A stretch of DNA of 64,000 nucleotides from an uncultured Cellvibrionales bacterium (GTDB taxonomy: Bacteria; Pseudomonadota; Gammaproteobacteria; Pseudomonadales; GM7GCV1). The position numbers and the translations under genes were made by a program. The notes below the pieces were generated by a model. The model ran no database searches. It saw only the letters and a list, made by a program, of their open reading frames with translations, and had not been told where the DNA came from. Positions within the stretch are counted from its first letter, which is position 1, and each line of letters opens with the position of its first letter. Below, piece after piece: positions 31,080 through 41,091 of this stretch. The stretch is from positions 27,719-91,718 of the forward strand of contig CAJXYP010000009.1 in the NCBI GenBank assembly GCA_913063225.1. Reading direction: 5' to 3'.

Positions 31080-31114
31080 GAGTACAAAATATACCCTTAT
31101 TACTCACTCGGCAA
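31080..31114 (-). promoter_or_regulatory. Putative sigma70 promoter and inverted-repeat operator of the TA operon
   Basis: Minus strand TTGCCG-17 nt-TATTTT-6 nt-ATG; GAGTA..TACTC inverted repeat at 31080-31105. Confidence 0.5.
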
Positions 31115-31136
31115 GACAGACTTAATATTGAACCAT

Positions 31137-31164
31137 AAAAAAAGGAGCCATATAGGCTCCTTTT
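31137..31164 (-). terminator. Rho-independent terminator after the DUF6644-like pair
   Basis: Minus strand AAAAGGAGCC-tatat-GGCTCC-TTTTTTT. Confidence 0.82.
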
Positions 31165-31188
31165 CACAGTTAGAAAACTAACTTCTTT

Positions 31189-31674
31189 TTAGCCGGTTCC
31201 AAGATAAGGAATCAGTCGACCAAAGATAATAATGAAGATCCACATTACCAGTGATACGCCGCCAACAACGCGAGCAATTGTAGGTGGGTTTCCATATTGG
31301 TCCCACTCGTTCCAGGTGGGTTGCAGCTTGAAGGTAAAGAACAAAGCGTTCAATCCAGCCAAGAGCAGCAAAACCATTTTGATCTGAAAGCTGATGTTCG
31401 GCGCATAGCGGAAAGGGTCGCCGCAGAAGAACATAATTCCGGTGATCAGGTTTAGAGAAAAACCTATAAGTGCGATATTGATTAGTGTGTGAGTCGCTTT
31501 AATCGGCATTTTCTTTAAAAATCCAATAAGGCGTAAATCTGTAATGGCGATAGCGCCAAACAGAATGGTCATGCCGAAAAAGTGAACCGTTTCAGCTATA
31601 GGCCAGCTCCATGCCCAACCGAACATAATGCCGGCGACCCATGAATCTTGAAGAGATAAAAGTATTGATTCCAT
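31189..31674 (-). CDS. 4-TM membrane protein, DUF6644-like
   Basis: WPIAETVHFFG..DLRLIG..TGIMFF..FQIKMVL..GRLIPY. Confidence 0.75.
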   Translation of the reverse strand: MESILLSLQDSWVAGIMFGWAWSWPIAETVHFFGMTILFGAIAITDLRLIGFLKKMPIKATHTLINIALIGFSLNLITGIMFFCGDPFRYAPNISFQIKMVLLLLAGLNALFFTFKLQPTWNEWDQYGNPPTIARVVGGVSLVMWIFIIIFGRLIPYLGTG

Positions 31675-31686
31675 TGCTAGGCCCCT

Positions 31687-32160
31687 TTATAAATATGCGA
31701 TGAAGCGACCGCCGATCATGCCGATCGACCATCCAACAAAAGAAATAATTGCGAAGGCTTTGAGCTTTGATGAAGCCTCGTCCAACGTATCCCAGCTGTT
31801 GCCAGCCAGTCTGAATTCTTTTTGGACCAGAATCATGGTTACTACACCAACTACAATGCCGCCGATCTTAAGCAAGAAGGGTACGTTTGTGACATACCAG
31901 CTGGCTTGAAGCGTAAACAGTGAAAATCCCGAAATGGTGTTGATGGCAAAGCCGAACCAGGCAAAAGCAAATATTTTGCTCATTGACCCAATCGGTACGC
32001 CTTTCATAACGCCCAGAAAACGAAGGTTCATCATAAAGACGAGCCCCACAACAATTGCTAGGCCAACTGAATGGATGGTTAGCATGATTGGATAGCCCCA
32101 AATCGAGGCGCCGACCCAATCGGCTAAAGCAGTCGATTCAAGCCAATATAAAAGAGCCAT
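31687..32160 (-). CDS. 4-TM membrane protein, DUF6644-like (paralog of the neighbour)
   Basis: WLESTALA..YPIMLTIHSVG..NLRFLG..SGFSLF..FLLK..GRFIAY. Confidence 0.75.
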   Translation of the reverse strand: MALLYWLESTALADWVGASIWGYPIMLTIHSVGLAIVVGLVFMMNLRFLGVMKGVPIGSMSKIFAFAWFGFAINTISGFSLFTLQASWYVTNVPFLLKIGGIVVGVVTMILVQKEFRLAGNSWDTLDEASSKLKAFAIISFVGWSIGMIGGRFIAYL

Positions 32161-32418
32161 AGGTATTCCCCTAAAAAAATTAAGACAGTGCGCCGGTTAG
32201 AATATTTTTATTTACTACCGCGGCCGACGGCGCGAATAATGCCAAATTTAGCTTTCAAAATCAATGAAATATAAGGCTTTCCAGCCGGTTTCGTTTGATT
32301 TAGGTCAAGCCAGAACGGCGTACATTCAATCCGGATGAGACGAGTGAGTGGGTAAAGATAAGTAAACGTTTAAGAGCCTTGTTAGCGCAGTGTGGAGACA
32401 CTGCACCAGGTCCAAAAA

Positions 32419-33165
32419 TTACCCGGCTTTCCCCTGATTAGCGACCTCGGCCATTAACTTTTCGAGCTGCTCAGGTTCGCAGAGATACTTCTTACTGATA
32501 GGCCTGAGGTTATCGTCTAGCTCGTAGGCTATAGGTAATCCGGTGGGGATATTGAGCTTCAGGATTGCTTCGTCACTCATATCGTCAAGGTACTTAATAA
32601 GAGCGCGCAGACTGTTTCCGTGAGCTACCACCAAAATGCTTTTACCGCTTCGCAAATCCGGAACGATCTGGTCATGCCAGCAGGGAAGTACTCTCTCAAC
32701 CGTATCCTTTAGACACTCAGAGCGAGGTATGGCAAGCGGGTCCAACTCAGGATAGCGCTCCAGATAAGCCAAGTGACGCTCGTCATTGTCTTCTAACGCG
32801 GGAGGCGGCACATCGTAGCTACGGCGCCAGATTAATACCTGGTCTTCACCGTGTTCAGCGGCAGTTTCGGCTTTATTTAAACCCTGCAAGGCGCCGTAGT
32901 GTCGTTCGTTTAAGCGCCAGTTACGGTGCACGGGTATTTGCATCAGATTCATTTCATCCAATACAGACCAAAGCGTACGAATAGCGCGTTTCAGAACCGA
33001 TGTGTAGCACACATCAAACTTATAACCTTCGCTTAGCAGCCGTTGCCCCGCATCGGCAGCTTCGGTGAGGCCCTTATCCGTGAGGTCAATGTCATACCAG
33101 CCGGTAAAACGGTTATCGAGATTCCATTGGCTTTGGCCATGACGAATAAGAACAAGTTGAGGCAC
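32419..33165 (-). CDS. gpmA: 2,3-bisphosphoglycerate-dependent phosphoglycerate mutase
   Basis: [38 protein letters not shown]. Confidence 0.97.
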   Translation of the reverse strand: MPQLVLIRHGQSQWNLDNRFTGWYDIDLTDKGLTEAADAGQRLLSEGYKFDVCYTSVLKRAIRTLWSVLDEMNLMQIPVHRNWRLNERHYGALQGLNKAETAAEHGEDQVLIWRRSYDVPPPALEDNDERHLAYLERYPELDPLAIPRSECLKDTVERVLPCWHDQIVPDLRSGKSILVVAHGNSLRALIKYLDDMSDEAILKLNIPTGLPIAYELDDNLRPISKKYLCEPEQLEKLMAEVANQGKAG

Positions 33166-33331
33166 TGGATAATCCTGATATGCGGGATGGGGTGGGGATT
33201 TTACATTGGAGACCTAAATCATGCGAGGCGACTTTTCGACAACCGGTATTGTCGGAGTAGGTTTAGCGTAACCAGAGAAGGTTGGTTTTCGATTACACCC
33301 AATTGTGTTGTATTTTGTATTAATGTATTTC

Positions 33332-33589
33332 TTAACCATTTCCGCTGCCACAGGGCGTTCTTTTCTTTGCTTGCCCACAAATTCGCAGAAAATGCAGGAG
33401 CAATTTTCTGGAGATCTAACTGCTATCTCCCAACCTAGACCGGGGTGCCTTTTCTTTTGGTTCGTTTCGCTGACCAGCACCGTCCTTGGCGCTGGGCCTT
33501 CGGCCGGTCTAAAGTCCGCCCAAATTTGTTCCGGCAAATTTGTGGGCACGCAAAGAAAAGAACGCCCCCATGGCAATGGAAAAGGCTAA
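33332..33589. mobile_element. MITE-like element, 258 bp, ~52-bp imperfect terminal inverted repeats
   Basis: Left TTAACCATTTCCGCTGCCACAGGGCGTTCTTTTCTTTGCTTGCCCACAAATT vs reverse complement of the right end TTAGCCTTTTCCATTGCCATGGGGGCGTTCTTTTCTTTGCGTGCCCACAAATT. Confidence 0.75.
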
Positions 33590-33660
33590 ATAATACGAAT
33601 TTATTGTTCGTAAATACCCAGCTATCAGGTGCTCACAAGAGCACGCTTAAGTCCCAATGA

Positions 33661-35832
33661 CTATTGAGCCGCCAACGTCTTGCGTCCTTTAAGAAGATCC
33701 AAAAAATCAGCAAAAATATTCGCCGTTTCATTCAGCAAAGCTTCAGAAAGATCCGGATCGTTACTATCCTCTTCGACAGCGTCGGACCCATCAAAATCTA
33801 TATCCTCCGTAGTCACGGAAGCAATTTCTTCTGATTCAGATTCAGGGTCCTCTAATGGAATACCCTTAGCAACCTTCCAGGTGTTTAGCAGATCTTCGTC
33901 TCGGGCTTCCCAGTAGTCGCGGTCGGTTTCGCGCTCATCCAAATTAAGCGAAATGGTCTTTCGGCCGCGGCGTTCATCGCTGGCGTCCAAAACACCCATC
34001 AAATAGATCAGGTCAGGATCAGTCTCCAACCGTTGCTCATGCAAGGCTACCAAATAAGGATAATGTGGTGAGTAGTCTTCGTAGGTTCGGTGCGGAATAC
34101 CGCCAATTTCGTCCCATACCAGAGGGTTTTCATAAGAGCTTTCGCCTATGTCGTCTTCATCGTAAAAGCCAGGTAAAAAGATATCTGGCACTACGCCTTT
34201 GTGCTGGGTGCTTTCGCCGGTTATGCGATAGAACTTAGATTCAGTCAGTTTGATTTGACCTTCAGGTAAATCTTGTACGGTTTGAACCGTACCTTTACCA
34301 AAGCTTCGCGATCCAATAATTACTCCACGGTTGTAGTCTTGAATAGCCCCGGCAAAAATTTCAGAAGCAGATGCACTAAGGCGATCGATCAATACCATCA
34401 ATGGGCCGGTATATTCCTGGCGGCTGCGAGCTCTTTGGTCACGATAAACATTGTTCTCAGAATCGCGGATTTGAACCACAGGGCCCGGGTCAACAAATAG
34501 ATCCGTCAGGGTGGCAGATTCGAGCAGAGAACCACCGCCGTTATTGCGCAGATCAATAATTACTGCATCAACTTCCTGCTCCTGGAAATCTCGCAGGATC
34601 TTTCGCGTATCGTTAGTGGTGCTGCGGTAATCAGGGTCTCGATTACGCAGCGCTTCAAAATCTAAATAGAAAGAAGGGATATCGATAACGCCAATACTGT
34701 AGCTTTCAATCCCTGTACCAACTTCAATAATCTCGCCTTTAGCGGCATTCTCTTCCAGCTTAACTTCGTCGCGCACTATAGTGATTACTGTGCGCTCTTC
34801 GCTCATTTCATCAGCATCCGCAGGTATAACCTTTAAGCGAACGGTGGATCCTTTTTCACCACGAATTCTGTCAACGACCTCATCAAGCCTCCAGCCGACA
34901 ATATCAATAAAGTCGCATTCCAAGCCTTCGCCAATTTCAACAATGCGGTCAGCCGCTGCTAGCTCGCCATTCAAGTCGGCCGGCCCGCCTGGGACCACGC
35001 TAATCACCTCAGTGAACTCTTCTTGAGTAGACAGCACCGCGCCAATGCCTTGCAGCGACAGCGACATATTTATATTGAAGTTTTCTGATTCTCGTGGAGA
35101 GAAATAATCGGTATGGGGGTCGTAAAGACGGGTTAGGGCATTGAAATAATATTCAGCGACATTACGAGCATTCTGCTGGCGCAGGTTGTTCTGTTGGGTG
35201 TGGTACCGGCGAATAAGCGCTTCGCGGGCTTCAGAATCTTCTTGGTCACTTAACTCCAGATTGAGCATGCCCAAGGTAAGAGTTTGTAGCCAAAGCTGTC
35301 CGGCTGCATCTGCATCTGTTGGCCAATCGATATCGTCCCTGTCGACAGGCAATGTCTCATCGGTGCTGTAATCAAATACAAATTCAGGATCTTCCAATCG
35401 AGATAAAGTAATTTCGATTTGAGCCAGGGCACGGTCACGGTAGCGGTCGTAAATTTCTTTGGCCGCATACATATCGCCTTCTTCGGCTAGATCATCTAGC
35501 TGGTCAGAATACTTTTGCCGAAACTCCTGAACATCCGATTGCAACAAATAAGCATGAGCGGGGTCCAGATTCTGCAGATACTTTTCAAGCCAGAGCTTAG
35601 AAAGTGCATCATCAATCTCTATTTCGGCAAACGCCTGATTCGAAAGCACCTCTAATATTGCTCGCTGCGTAACGCCTTGGGCACGTTCAAACTCAATGGG
35701 CTGAATCTCAGACACCGAGTTAACAATGGGAGCAGGACATTCTTCAACTGCATAAAGGGCAACAGGAAAAATTGAAACAAGAACTAACAAAGGGGCAGAT
35801 ACCAGACGGCGCACGCTATATTTAGAAAACAT
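33661..35832 (-). CDS. prc: Carboxy-terminal processing protease (Tsp/Prc)
   Basis: Signal peptide, DPHTDYFSP, PDZ GIGAVL, DLRNNGGG, SASASEIFAGA, SFGKGTVQ. Confidence 0.95.
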   Translation of the reverse strand: MFSKYSVRRLVSAPLLVLVSIFPVALYAVEECPAPIVNSVSEIQPIEFERAQGVTQRAILEVLSNQAFAEIEIDDALSKLWLEKYLQNLDPAHAYLLQSDVQEFRQKYSDQLDDLAEEGDMYAAKEIYDRYRDRALAQIEITLSRLEDPEFVFDYSTDETLPVDRDDIDWPTDADAAGQLWLQTLTLGMLNLELSDQEDSEAREALIRRYHTQQNNLRQQNARNVAEYYFNALTRLYDPHTDYFSPRESENFNINMSLSLQGIGAVLSTQEEFTEVISVVPGGPADLNGELAAADRIVEIGEGLECDFIDIVGWRLDEVVDRIRGEKGSTVRLKVIPADADEMSEERTVITIVRDEVKLEENAAKGEIIEVGTGIESYSIGVIDIPSFYLDFEALRNRDPDYRSTTNDTRKILRDFQEQEVDAVIIDLRNNGGGSLLESATLTDLFVDPGPVVQIRDSENNVYRDQRARSRQEYTGPLMVLIDRLSASASEIFAGAIQDYNRGVIIGSRSFGKGTVQTVQDLPEGQIKLTESKFYRITGESTQHKGVVPDIFLPGFYDEDDIGESSYENPLVWDEIGGIPHRTYEDYSPHYPYLVALHEQRLETDPDLIYLMGVLDASDERRGRKTISLNLDERETDRDYWEARDEDLLNTWKVAKGIPLEDPESESEEIASVTTEDIDFDGSDAVEEDSNDPDLSEALLNETANIFADFLDLLKGRKTLAAQ

Positions 35833-35981
35833 TAAAACTCACTATTTAGTAGTAATAAATCGTCAGACATAATGTAGCCAAGAGAGTTCGGCAGTGCAAA
35901 TAACGAATTGTTAAGGACTGTATTTTTTTGCGGCTAGACCGCAGAGATTGGTCTCGATTTGGTTGCCAAAAGTAAAGAGCC

Positions 35982-36014
35982 AAAAGAACGCCGCGTGGCA
36001 GCAGAAATGGCTAA
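35982..36014. repeat. Isolated right-end copy of the dispersed repeat family
   Basis: AAAAGAACGCCGCGTGGCAGCAGAAATGGCTAA vs AAAAGAACGCCCCCATGGCAATGGAAAAGGCTAA at the right end of 33332-33589. Confidence 0.65.
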
Positions 36015-36083
36015 AAATAACCTTCTATCAACAGAAGCGGTTTGCCGTCCAAATATAAGAAAATAAGATTTATGGCGCGGAAT

Positions 36084-36920
36084 CTATTCCAAAGATTCCC
36101 AAAACACAAATGCTATGGCCAGTCCAACACTAACATAATGATCAGTTTCAAAAAGCGGACTATCCCGATTTTCAATCCCCGACAAGTTGTCATAACGCAC
36201 ATAACCCTTTAACCACCAATTATCGATACGGCGATCCAAGCCAACCTTAAAAAACGCACCGCTATAACCGCTCGACGCTTCAAATTCTGCGCGTTCGGCA
36301 GTCGCATCTAGGGCAGACACGCCATAAAGGTATTGATGATAATCCGCATCGCCAAATACAAAGCCACCATCAAACTTAAAATTAGTACCGTTCCAGAGAT
36401 CTCGGTGCTTATAGGTGAGTTTCGGATTTGCCAGTATTCCCACATGGCTAATATTGGGCGCATCTACAGCAAATACGCCGCGAACGGGGAATCTGGCTAG
36501 CCAGCCATGGTCGAGATCGTCTCCCGAGATGTTAACCTCGAGAGAAGGGCCGAGCTCAAAAGTGGGGTCTAAAGGCTCCATACCAACGCGAAGAGGGTTT
36601 TTTTTACTGTCCTCGGTATAAGAAGCGTCGGCGCTAATCGCCAGCTCTATACGGTCGGAAGAAAATATCTTTCCCTTAGCGCTGTCACGGTCCAGTTCAA
36701 TAAAATCGCCTCGATATACAACGTAAGGGAAGGGCAATGCATTAGTTTGGTGCTCAGTAGAACCCCGGTAATCGCGTAGAGATTGAACCGCGATGCCCGC
36801 GCCTAGCGCGATTTTTGGCTCAAACACTGCCGCATCTTCTTGCGCCGACACCGCAGCGCATACTAGAAGAATAGATAAACAGGCTAGGTATTGCGTAAAA
36901 CGGTAATTCAATTCAGGCAC
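36084..36920 (-). CDS. MipA/OmpV-family outer membrane protein
   Basis: Signal peptide; LGAG..DYRGS..LPFPYVVYRG; R.GM..LDPTFELGP; beta-strand pattern. Confidence 0.8.
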   Translation of the reverse strand: MPELNYRFTQYLACLSILLVCAAVSAQEDAAVFEPKIALGAGIAVQSLRDYRGSTEHQTNALPFPYVVYRGDFIELDRDSAKGKIFSSDRIELAISADASYTEDSKKNPLRVGMEPLDPTFELGPSLEVNISGDDLDHGWLARFPVRGVFAVDAPNISHVGILANPKLTYKHRDLWNGTNFKFDGGFVFGDADYHQYLYGVSALDATAERAEFEASSGYSGAFFKVGLDRRIDNWWLKGYVRYDNLSGIENRDSPLFETDHYVSVGLAIAFVFWESLE

Positions 36921-37032
36921 TCCGTGCTTAAGTACTAAGCAGTAGCTATTTCAATTTTGGATATTATTCTGGCTTGGTCAAAGCCGGGCAGTAGCTTACC
37001 ATTCTGCCCTTACTAAATTCTTTAGTTCTTTT

Positions 37033-37869
37033 ATGTTCTTCATGCACCAATTTGTTAACGACCACCGATCTCAGCTTTCAAAGCTATGGCCATCGGTATT
37101 GCTGATGCTTGCTTCGTGCTTGGCTTCGTCCGGGGTGCATGCAGAGCACAGCTACCATTTCCACTGGGGTAAAATTCCAGTTGCAAGCTTTAGCCTTGCG
37201 CTACCGGACGCAGACAGTCAGATAATTAAGCTAGAGGGCAGGACTGTGGGTTTTGTCGGGGCGATATTCAGCTACGACGGAGTCATTCAATCGGACTACA
37301 GCGATTTAAACAGCGTAAATTTTCAGATTAGCGGTATTGATAATGGTTTTTCTGAACGCCGCGAAATAAATTTTTATTCAGATCGTCCCGCGGAAATCGT
37401 AGATTTTTTAGATGATGAGCAAGAGCAACCAGCGACTGAGATTGTTGAATCCATGGGTATTACCGTGGACCCGTTGCGGGTGGTCTTTGCTCTGTTATCT
37501 GGATCAAGAACTGAATCAAAAGTTGGGACAACAACTGAAACATTATCCGCGCGCGACCGCTGCAACGGCGAGTATTCGGTTTTTGATGGCAAGCGGCATT
37601 ATCGGTTAAAGCTTGAAGCGGCAGAGGACGAAACGCTTAAAGCGGATCGAGGCTGGGGCTACACAGGGCAAGCGTTTCGGTGCGATATACTGGTTGTCTC
37701 TTTGGAGGCCACAAGCGGGGAAGAGCAGAACCCCTGGTATGAAGATGATACGGATACGCGATCGCTTTGGTTGGCTGAAATCGATGAACAGCTGACGCTG
37801 GTTCGAATATCAATGCCGGGGCCTATTGGCCGGGTAACCGGGCGTCTGGAAATGCTTAAAGAGCTTTAA
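37033..37869 (+). CDS. Secreted protein, DUF3108-like
   Basis: Signal peptide; YHFHWGKIPVA, VDPL, C..VFDGKRHY..C, SLWLA motifs. Confidence 0.65.
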   Translation: MFFMHQFVNDHRSQLSKLWPSVLLMLASCLASSGVHAEHSYHFHWGKIPVASFSLALPDADSQIIKLEGRTVGFVGAIFSYDGVIQSDYSDLNSVNFQISGIDNGFSERREINFYSDRPAEIVDFLDDEQEQPATEIVESMGITVDPLRVVFALLSGSRTESKVGTTTETLSARDRCNGEYSVFDGKRHYRLKLEAAEDETLKADRGWGYTGQAFRCDILVVSLEATSGEEQNPWYEDDTDTRSLWLAEIDEQLTLVRISMPGPIGRVTGRLEMLKEL

Positions 37870-38091
37870 TGATGGAGACCGATAGGTTGTTGTAAATGTT
37901 GGTTTTTGTGAACTATTTCACATGTCTATCTTTCTTGAGTATTATTTTTGTCCGATTTGGGAAGTGCGGAGTATTTCAGGGGTGTAGGCTATCATTACAA
38001 AAATACACAATTTCTACTTACTTTTAGTTGGTAGAGCCCATATAATCTAGGCTCGGACGAGTTTTCAGTAAGGATTAAACAGGAATTAGCA

Positions 38092-38397
38092 ATGCATACT
38101 TTTACAAAAAGAATAAATTCAGGCTTTGCTGCGATGGTTTTCGCGGTGATACTTTCTAGTAACGCCTTCGCGCAGGCACCCGTTGCCGCTGCGCCTGCTG
38201 GCACGGTTACTATTGTAGGAGCGACAATGTCAGTCGCATCAGCAATCGCGGTTGGAATAGTTTCCTTAGTTGTTGTTGGTGCTCTTGTTCAGGTGGTTGA
38301 CGAAGATGACAATGTGCTCGTAGTCACTCCTCCTGCGCCTACGCCTACGACTACGACTACTCCAAGTACGAGTAGCACAACTACAACCGGAACCTAG
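38092..38397 (+). CDS. Small membrane protein with Thr-rich tail (GfcA/YjbE-like)
   Basis: Signal peptide (AFA), one TM segment, C-terminal PTPTTTTTPSTSSTTTTGT; heads the gfcD-containing locus. Confidence 0.7.
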   Translation: MHTFTKRINSGFAAMVFAVILSSNAFAQAPVAAAPAGTVTIVGATMSVASAIAVGIVSLVVVGALVQVVDEDDNVLVVTPPAPTPTTTTTPSTSSTTTTGT

Positions 38398-38414
38398 GTT
38401 TTTAGTAGGTTAAT

Positions 38415-38441
38415 AAAAAGGCGGCATTTGCCGCCTTTTTT
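38415..38441 (+). terminator. Rho-independent terminator after the gfcA-like gene
   Basis: AAAAAGGCGGCA-tt-TGCCGCC-TTTTTT. Confidence 0.85.
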
Positions 38442-38472
38442 GATGTGTATTATTGGCAGAGCCCCCTAACCG

Positions 38473-40521
38473 ATGCATTCATTATTGTCACGCTGTGTTA
38501 TTTTCCTGTGGTTAGTGGTAGCTACTTCAGCGCTGCTAGCTGCTGATTTGGGGACCACTGGGTTGATTGATACTCCCACCGCCCGAATGCGTCCAGATGG
38601 TGAATTTTCTGCCGTTATAAGCAAGCAGCCACTGGTTGATATCTATTCCCTGAATTACCAAGCCACCCCTTGGTTAGAAACTACATTTCGGTATTCTGTT
38701 TTTGATTTTGGTCTTTATGATCGCAGTTACGAAGTTAAATTACGTCTGATGAAAGAGCGCGAGTTAATGCCAGAAATATCTGTTGGCGTCCGGGATATAT
38801 TGGGTACCGGGGTTTTTGGCGCAGAATATCTCGTCGCTAACAAGACTTTTGGGCCGCTAGATCTTTCTCTGGGGATTGGCTGGGGACGCTTAGCGCATCG
38901 TGCTGCCTTCTCTAATCCGTTGGCGCAACTTGCTGACCGATTTTCCGAAAGAGATCCAGATGTTGGGAAAGGTGGCACAGTTCAGGTAGATTCTTTTTTT
39001 GCAGGTCCAGATGTGGGTGTATTCGGCGGCTTATCCTATGATTTAAGTGAGTACAACCTTCGGTTGCTGGCCGAATATAATTCTGATAACTATAGCCGTG
39101 CGCGCTCAACTGGCTCTGTTGAAGACCCCTCGCCAATTAGTTACGGCGTTGAGTGGGAAGTTTTGCCCGGTATCAAGTTGGGAAGCAGTCATCAGTTTGG
39201 CGAGCAGTGGGCATTTAGTATTGAGTCCAGTCTAGATTCAATATTCACTCCCGAACCTTACGCAATCATGCCCTTTATCTCTTCGGGAGAGCTTGTTACA
39301 GGGCCATACGGCCTAAATCTGAACAGCTGGTATGACCGGCTTCTATACGATGTTGAGCGTTCCGGATTGCGTTTACACGAAGCCAAAAGAAGTGCGGATC
39401 AATCGGAAGTATCACTAGTTATTTCTAATAGCGATTATCCTCTGATGGCGGACGCTATCAAGCGTGCACTTGTTCTAGCAGAATTACATTTGCCGGTTTC
39501 CTACCGATCATTAAGCTTGGTAATAAATGAAAATGGAATCCACCCAATAACTATCAATTACAGCCGTCAAAGAACCGCTGAAGGTTGGGTACAGCAAGGT
39601 GCGTCAAGCATTGATCTGCTCGCAGGGCGAGAATTAGATAGTCCGCAAAATCTCACTGGTTTTACAGCCAGAAAGTTGGCTTTCTCGGCAGATATTGGAA
39701 CTAGATTTCAATTTTTTGACCCGGACAATCGACTAGGCTACCAAATAAATTTGGAGCTTGGTGCGTCTTCATACCTTGGTTGGGGGTGGAACCTTTATTC
39801 CCTATATGTTCTTGATATAGACAATAGCTTTGGTGAGATTACAAGGGGGTCGGATTCTGTTCTTCCTCATGTTCGATCAGACGTCGCGCGATATTTGCTA
39901 GAGGCTCCAAGTGGACTGGAAGCGCTTTACTTGGATCGACAAGATAATTTTTCCAGTGAGGTATTTTACCGCCTCTATGCTGGCGTGCTGGAAGAGATGT
40001 ATAGCGGCGCTGGAGCGGAGGTGCTTTATCAGCCCTTTCGCTCTCGATTAGCCTACGGCTTTAGCGCAAATTGGGTTAAGCAAAGAGACTATGATAAATC
40101 CTTTAATTATCTGGATTACACTACGACTACTGCCTTTGCCAGCGTTTATTGGGCCACTCCGTTCTATAACTATGATATAGCAGTACACGCAGGTCGGTTT
40201 CTCGCGAAAGACTTAGGAGCGAAATTTGAAATTCGCCGAACTATGGATAATGGATGGTCGATTGGGGTATGGGCGACACTTACCGATGTCCCCTTCGAAG
40301 ACTTTGGCGAGGGAAGTTTTGATAAGGGCATGTACTTGAAAATTCCACTACAGGGCTTGCGAGCTGATGCCAACACACGGTCAGCTTATAACACCGCACT
40401 TAGATCAACTCAAAGAGATGGTGGCCAGATGCTAGAGAATTTTAGCGGCAGGCTTTGGCACGATCTGCGCGCCACAAGGTATGACGCGCTAGATAATAAT
40501 CGAAGCCGGATGGCTCCCTAG
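38473..40521 (+). CDS. YjbH/GfcD-family outer membrane beta-barrel (group 4 capsule)
   Basis: GTTGLIDTPTARM, PWLETTFRY, RDILGTG, AGVLEEMYSG, GRFLAKDLG, FGEGSFDKG. Confidence 0.9.
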   Translation: MHSLLSRCVIFLWLVVATSALLAADLGTTGLIDTPTARMRPDGEFSAVISKQPLVDIYSLNYQATPWLETTFRYSVFDFGLYDRSYEVKLRLMKERELMPEISVGVRDILGTGVFGAEYLVANKTFGPLDLSLGIGWGRLAHRAAFSNPLAQLADRFSERDPDVGKGGTVQVDSFFAGPDVGVFGGLSYDLSEYNLRLLAEYNSDNYSRARSTGSVEDPSPISYGVEWEVLPGIKLGSSHQFGEQWAFSIESSLDSIFTPEPYAIMPFISSGELVTGPYGLNLNSWYDRLLYDVERSGLRLHEAKRSADQSEVSLVISNSDYPLMADAIKRALVLAELHLPVSYRSLSLVINENGIHPITINYSRQRTAEGWVQQGASSIDLLAGRELDSPQNLTGFTARKLAFSADIGTRFQFFDPDNRLGYQINLELGASSYLGWGWNLYSLYVLDIDNSFGEITRGSDSVLPHVRSDVARYLLEAPSGLEALYLDRQDNFSSEVFYRLYAGVLEEMYSGAGAEVLYQPFRSRLAYGFSANWVKQRDYDKSFNYLDYTTTTAFASVYWATPFYNYDIAVHAGRFLAKDLGAKFEIRRTMDNGWSIGVWATLTDVPFEDFGEGSFDKGMYLKIPLQGLRADANTRSAYNTALRSTQRDGGQMLENFSGRLWHDLRATRYDALDNNRSRMAP

Positions 40522-40524
40522 TTC

Positions 40525-41064
40525 ATGCCTTTTCTCCGCAACATTGCCTTGCTACTAGTGACCACGCTTTTATTTGGCTGTTCTTTCCACTCTCGACAAT
40601 TGCAGGCGATTCAACAATTGGTATTGAGGGAGCCGGACCCTCTCGAGGAATTTGCCTGGACAGCGAGCTGGAATGGAAATCAACATAGGCTTTACGCGAT
40701 AGCTGTTTCGGAGAATCAAACGCTTTTTGCTTTCGACAGTTATTATCTGCTCAATATTGAGAGTGGGTATCTGCAAGACGTTCAGGGGTTTTTGCCCAAT
40801 GAGGATGCAGGGCGCATTGAGCTGCAAGGAGAAGAGTTACTGTACTTTGTGAACGATCGATTGGTGGCACGGCATCAATGTGACCCTTGGGTGCAAAAAG
40901 AAACCTACCAGGGTGGAACTCAACATTCTCAGAATTGCAATGGCCGTGAACCTTATATCAACACAATTGATTTGGATTCAAATGGATTAACTTCTCGACT
41001 AAGTTTTCTGATGCATCCAGAATACCCATCTATAATACTAATGCCGAGCAATAGCGGCAACTAA
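40525..41064 (+). CDS. Lipoprotein, possibly GfcB/YjbF-like
   Basis: Lipobox LLFGC; family suggested by position only. Confidence 0.55.
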   Translation: MPFLRNIALLLVTTLLFGCSFHSRQLQAIQQLVLREPDPLEEFAWTASWNGNQHRLYAIAVSENQTLFAFDSYYLLNIESGYLQDVQGFLPNEDAGRIELQGEELLYFVNDRLVARHQCDPWVQKETYQGGTQHSQNCNGREPYINTIDLDSNGLTSRLSFLMHPEYPSIILMPSNSGN

Positions 41065-41091
41065 AGATACTGACCGCCGAAGACTAAATAA

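Noticed and set aside
32372-32405. AGAGCCTTGTTAG resembling the 12708 TIR, plus a small hairpin
   Set aside because: Short gapped match with no partner end; the hairpin may just be the gpmA terminator.
33043-33660. ORFs 33214-33576, 33305-33589, 33043-33438 and 33445-33660
   Set aside because: They overlap the inverted-repeat element or run antisense to gpmA; best explained as spurious frames.
35918-35933. SOS-box-like CTGTATTTTTTTGCGG upstream of prc
   Set aside because: The right half-site is CGG rather than CAG; weak single match.
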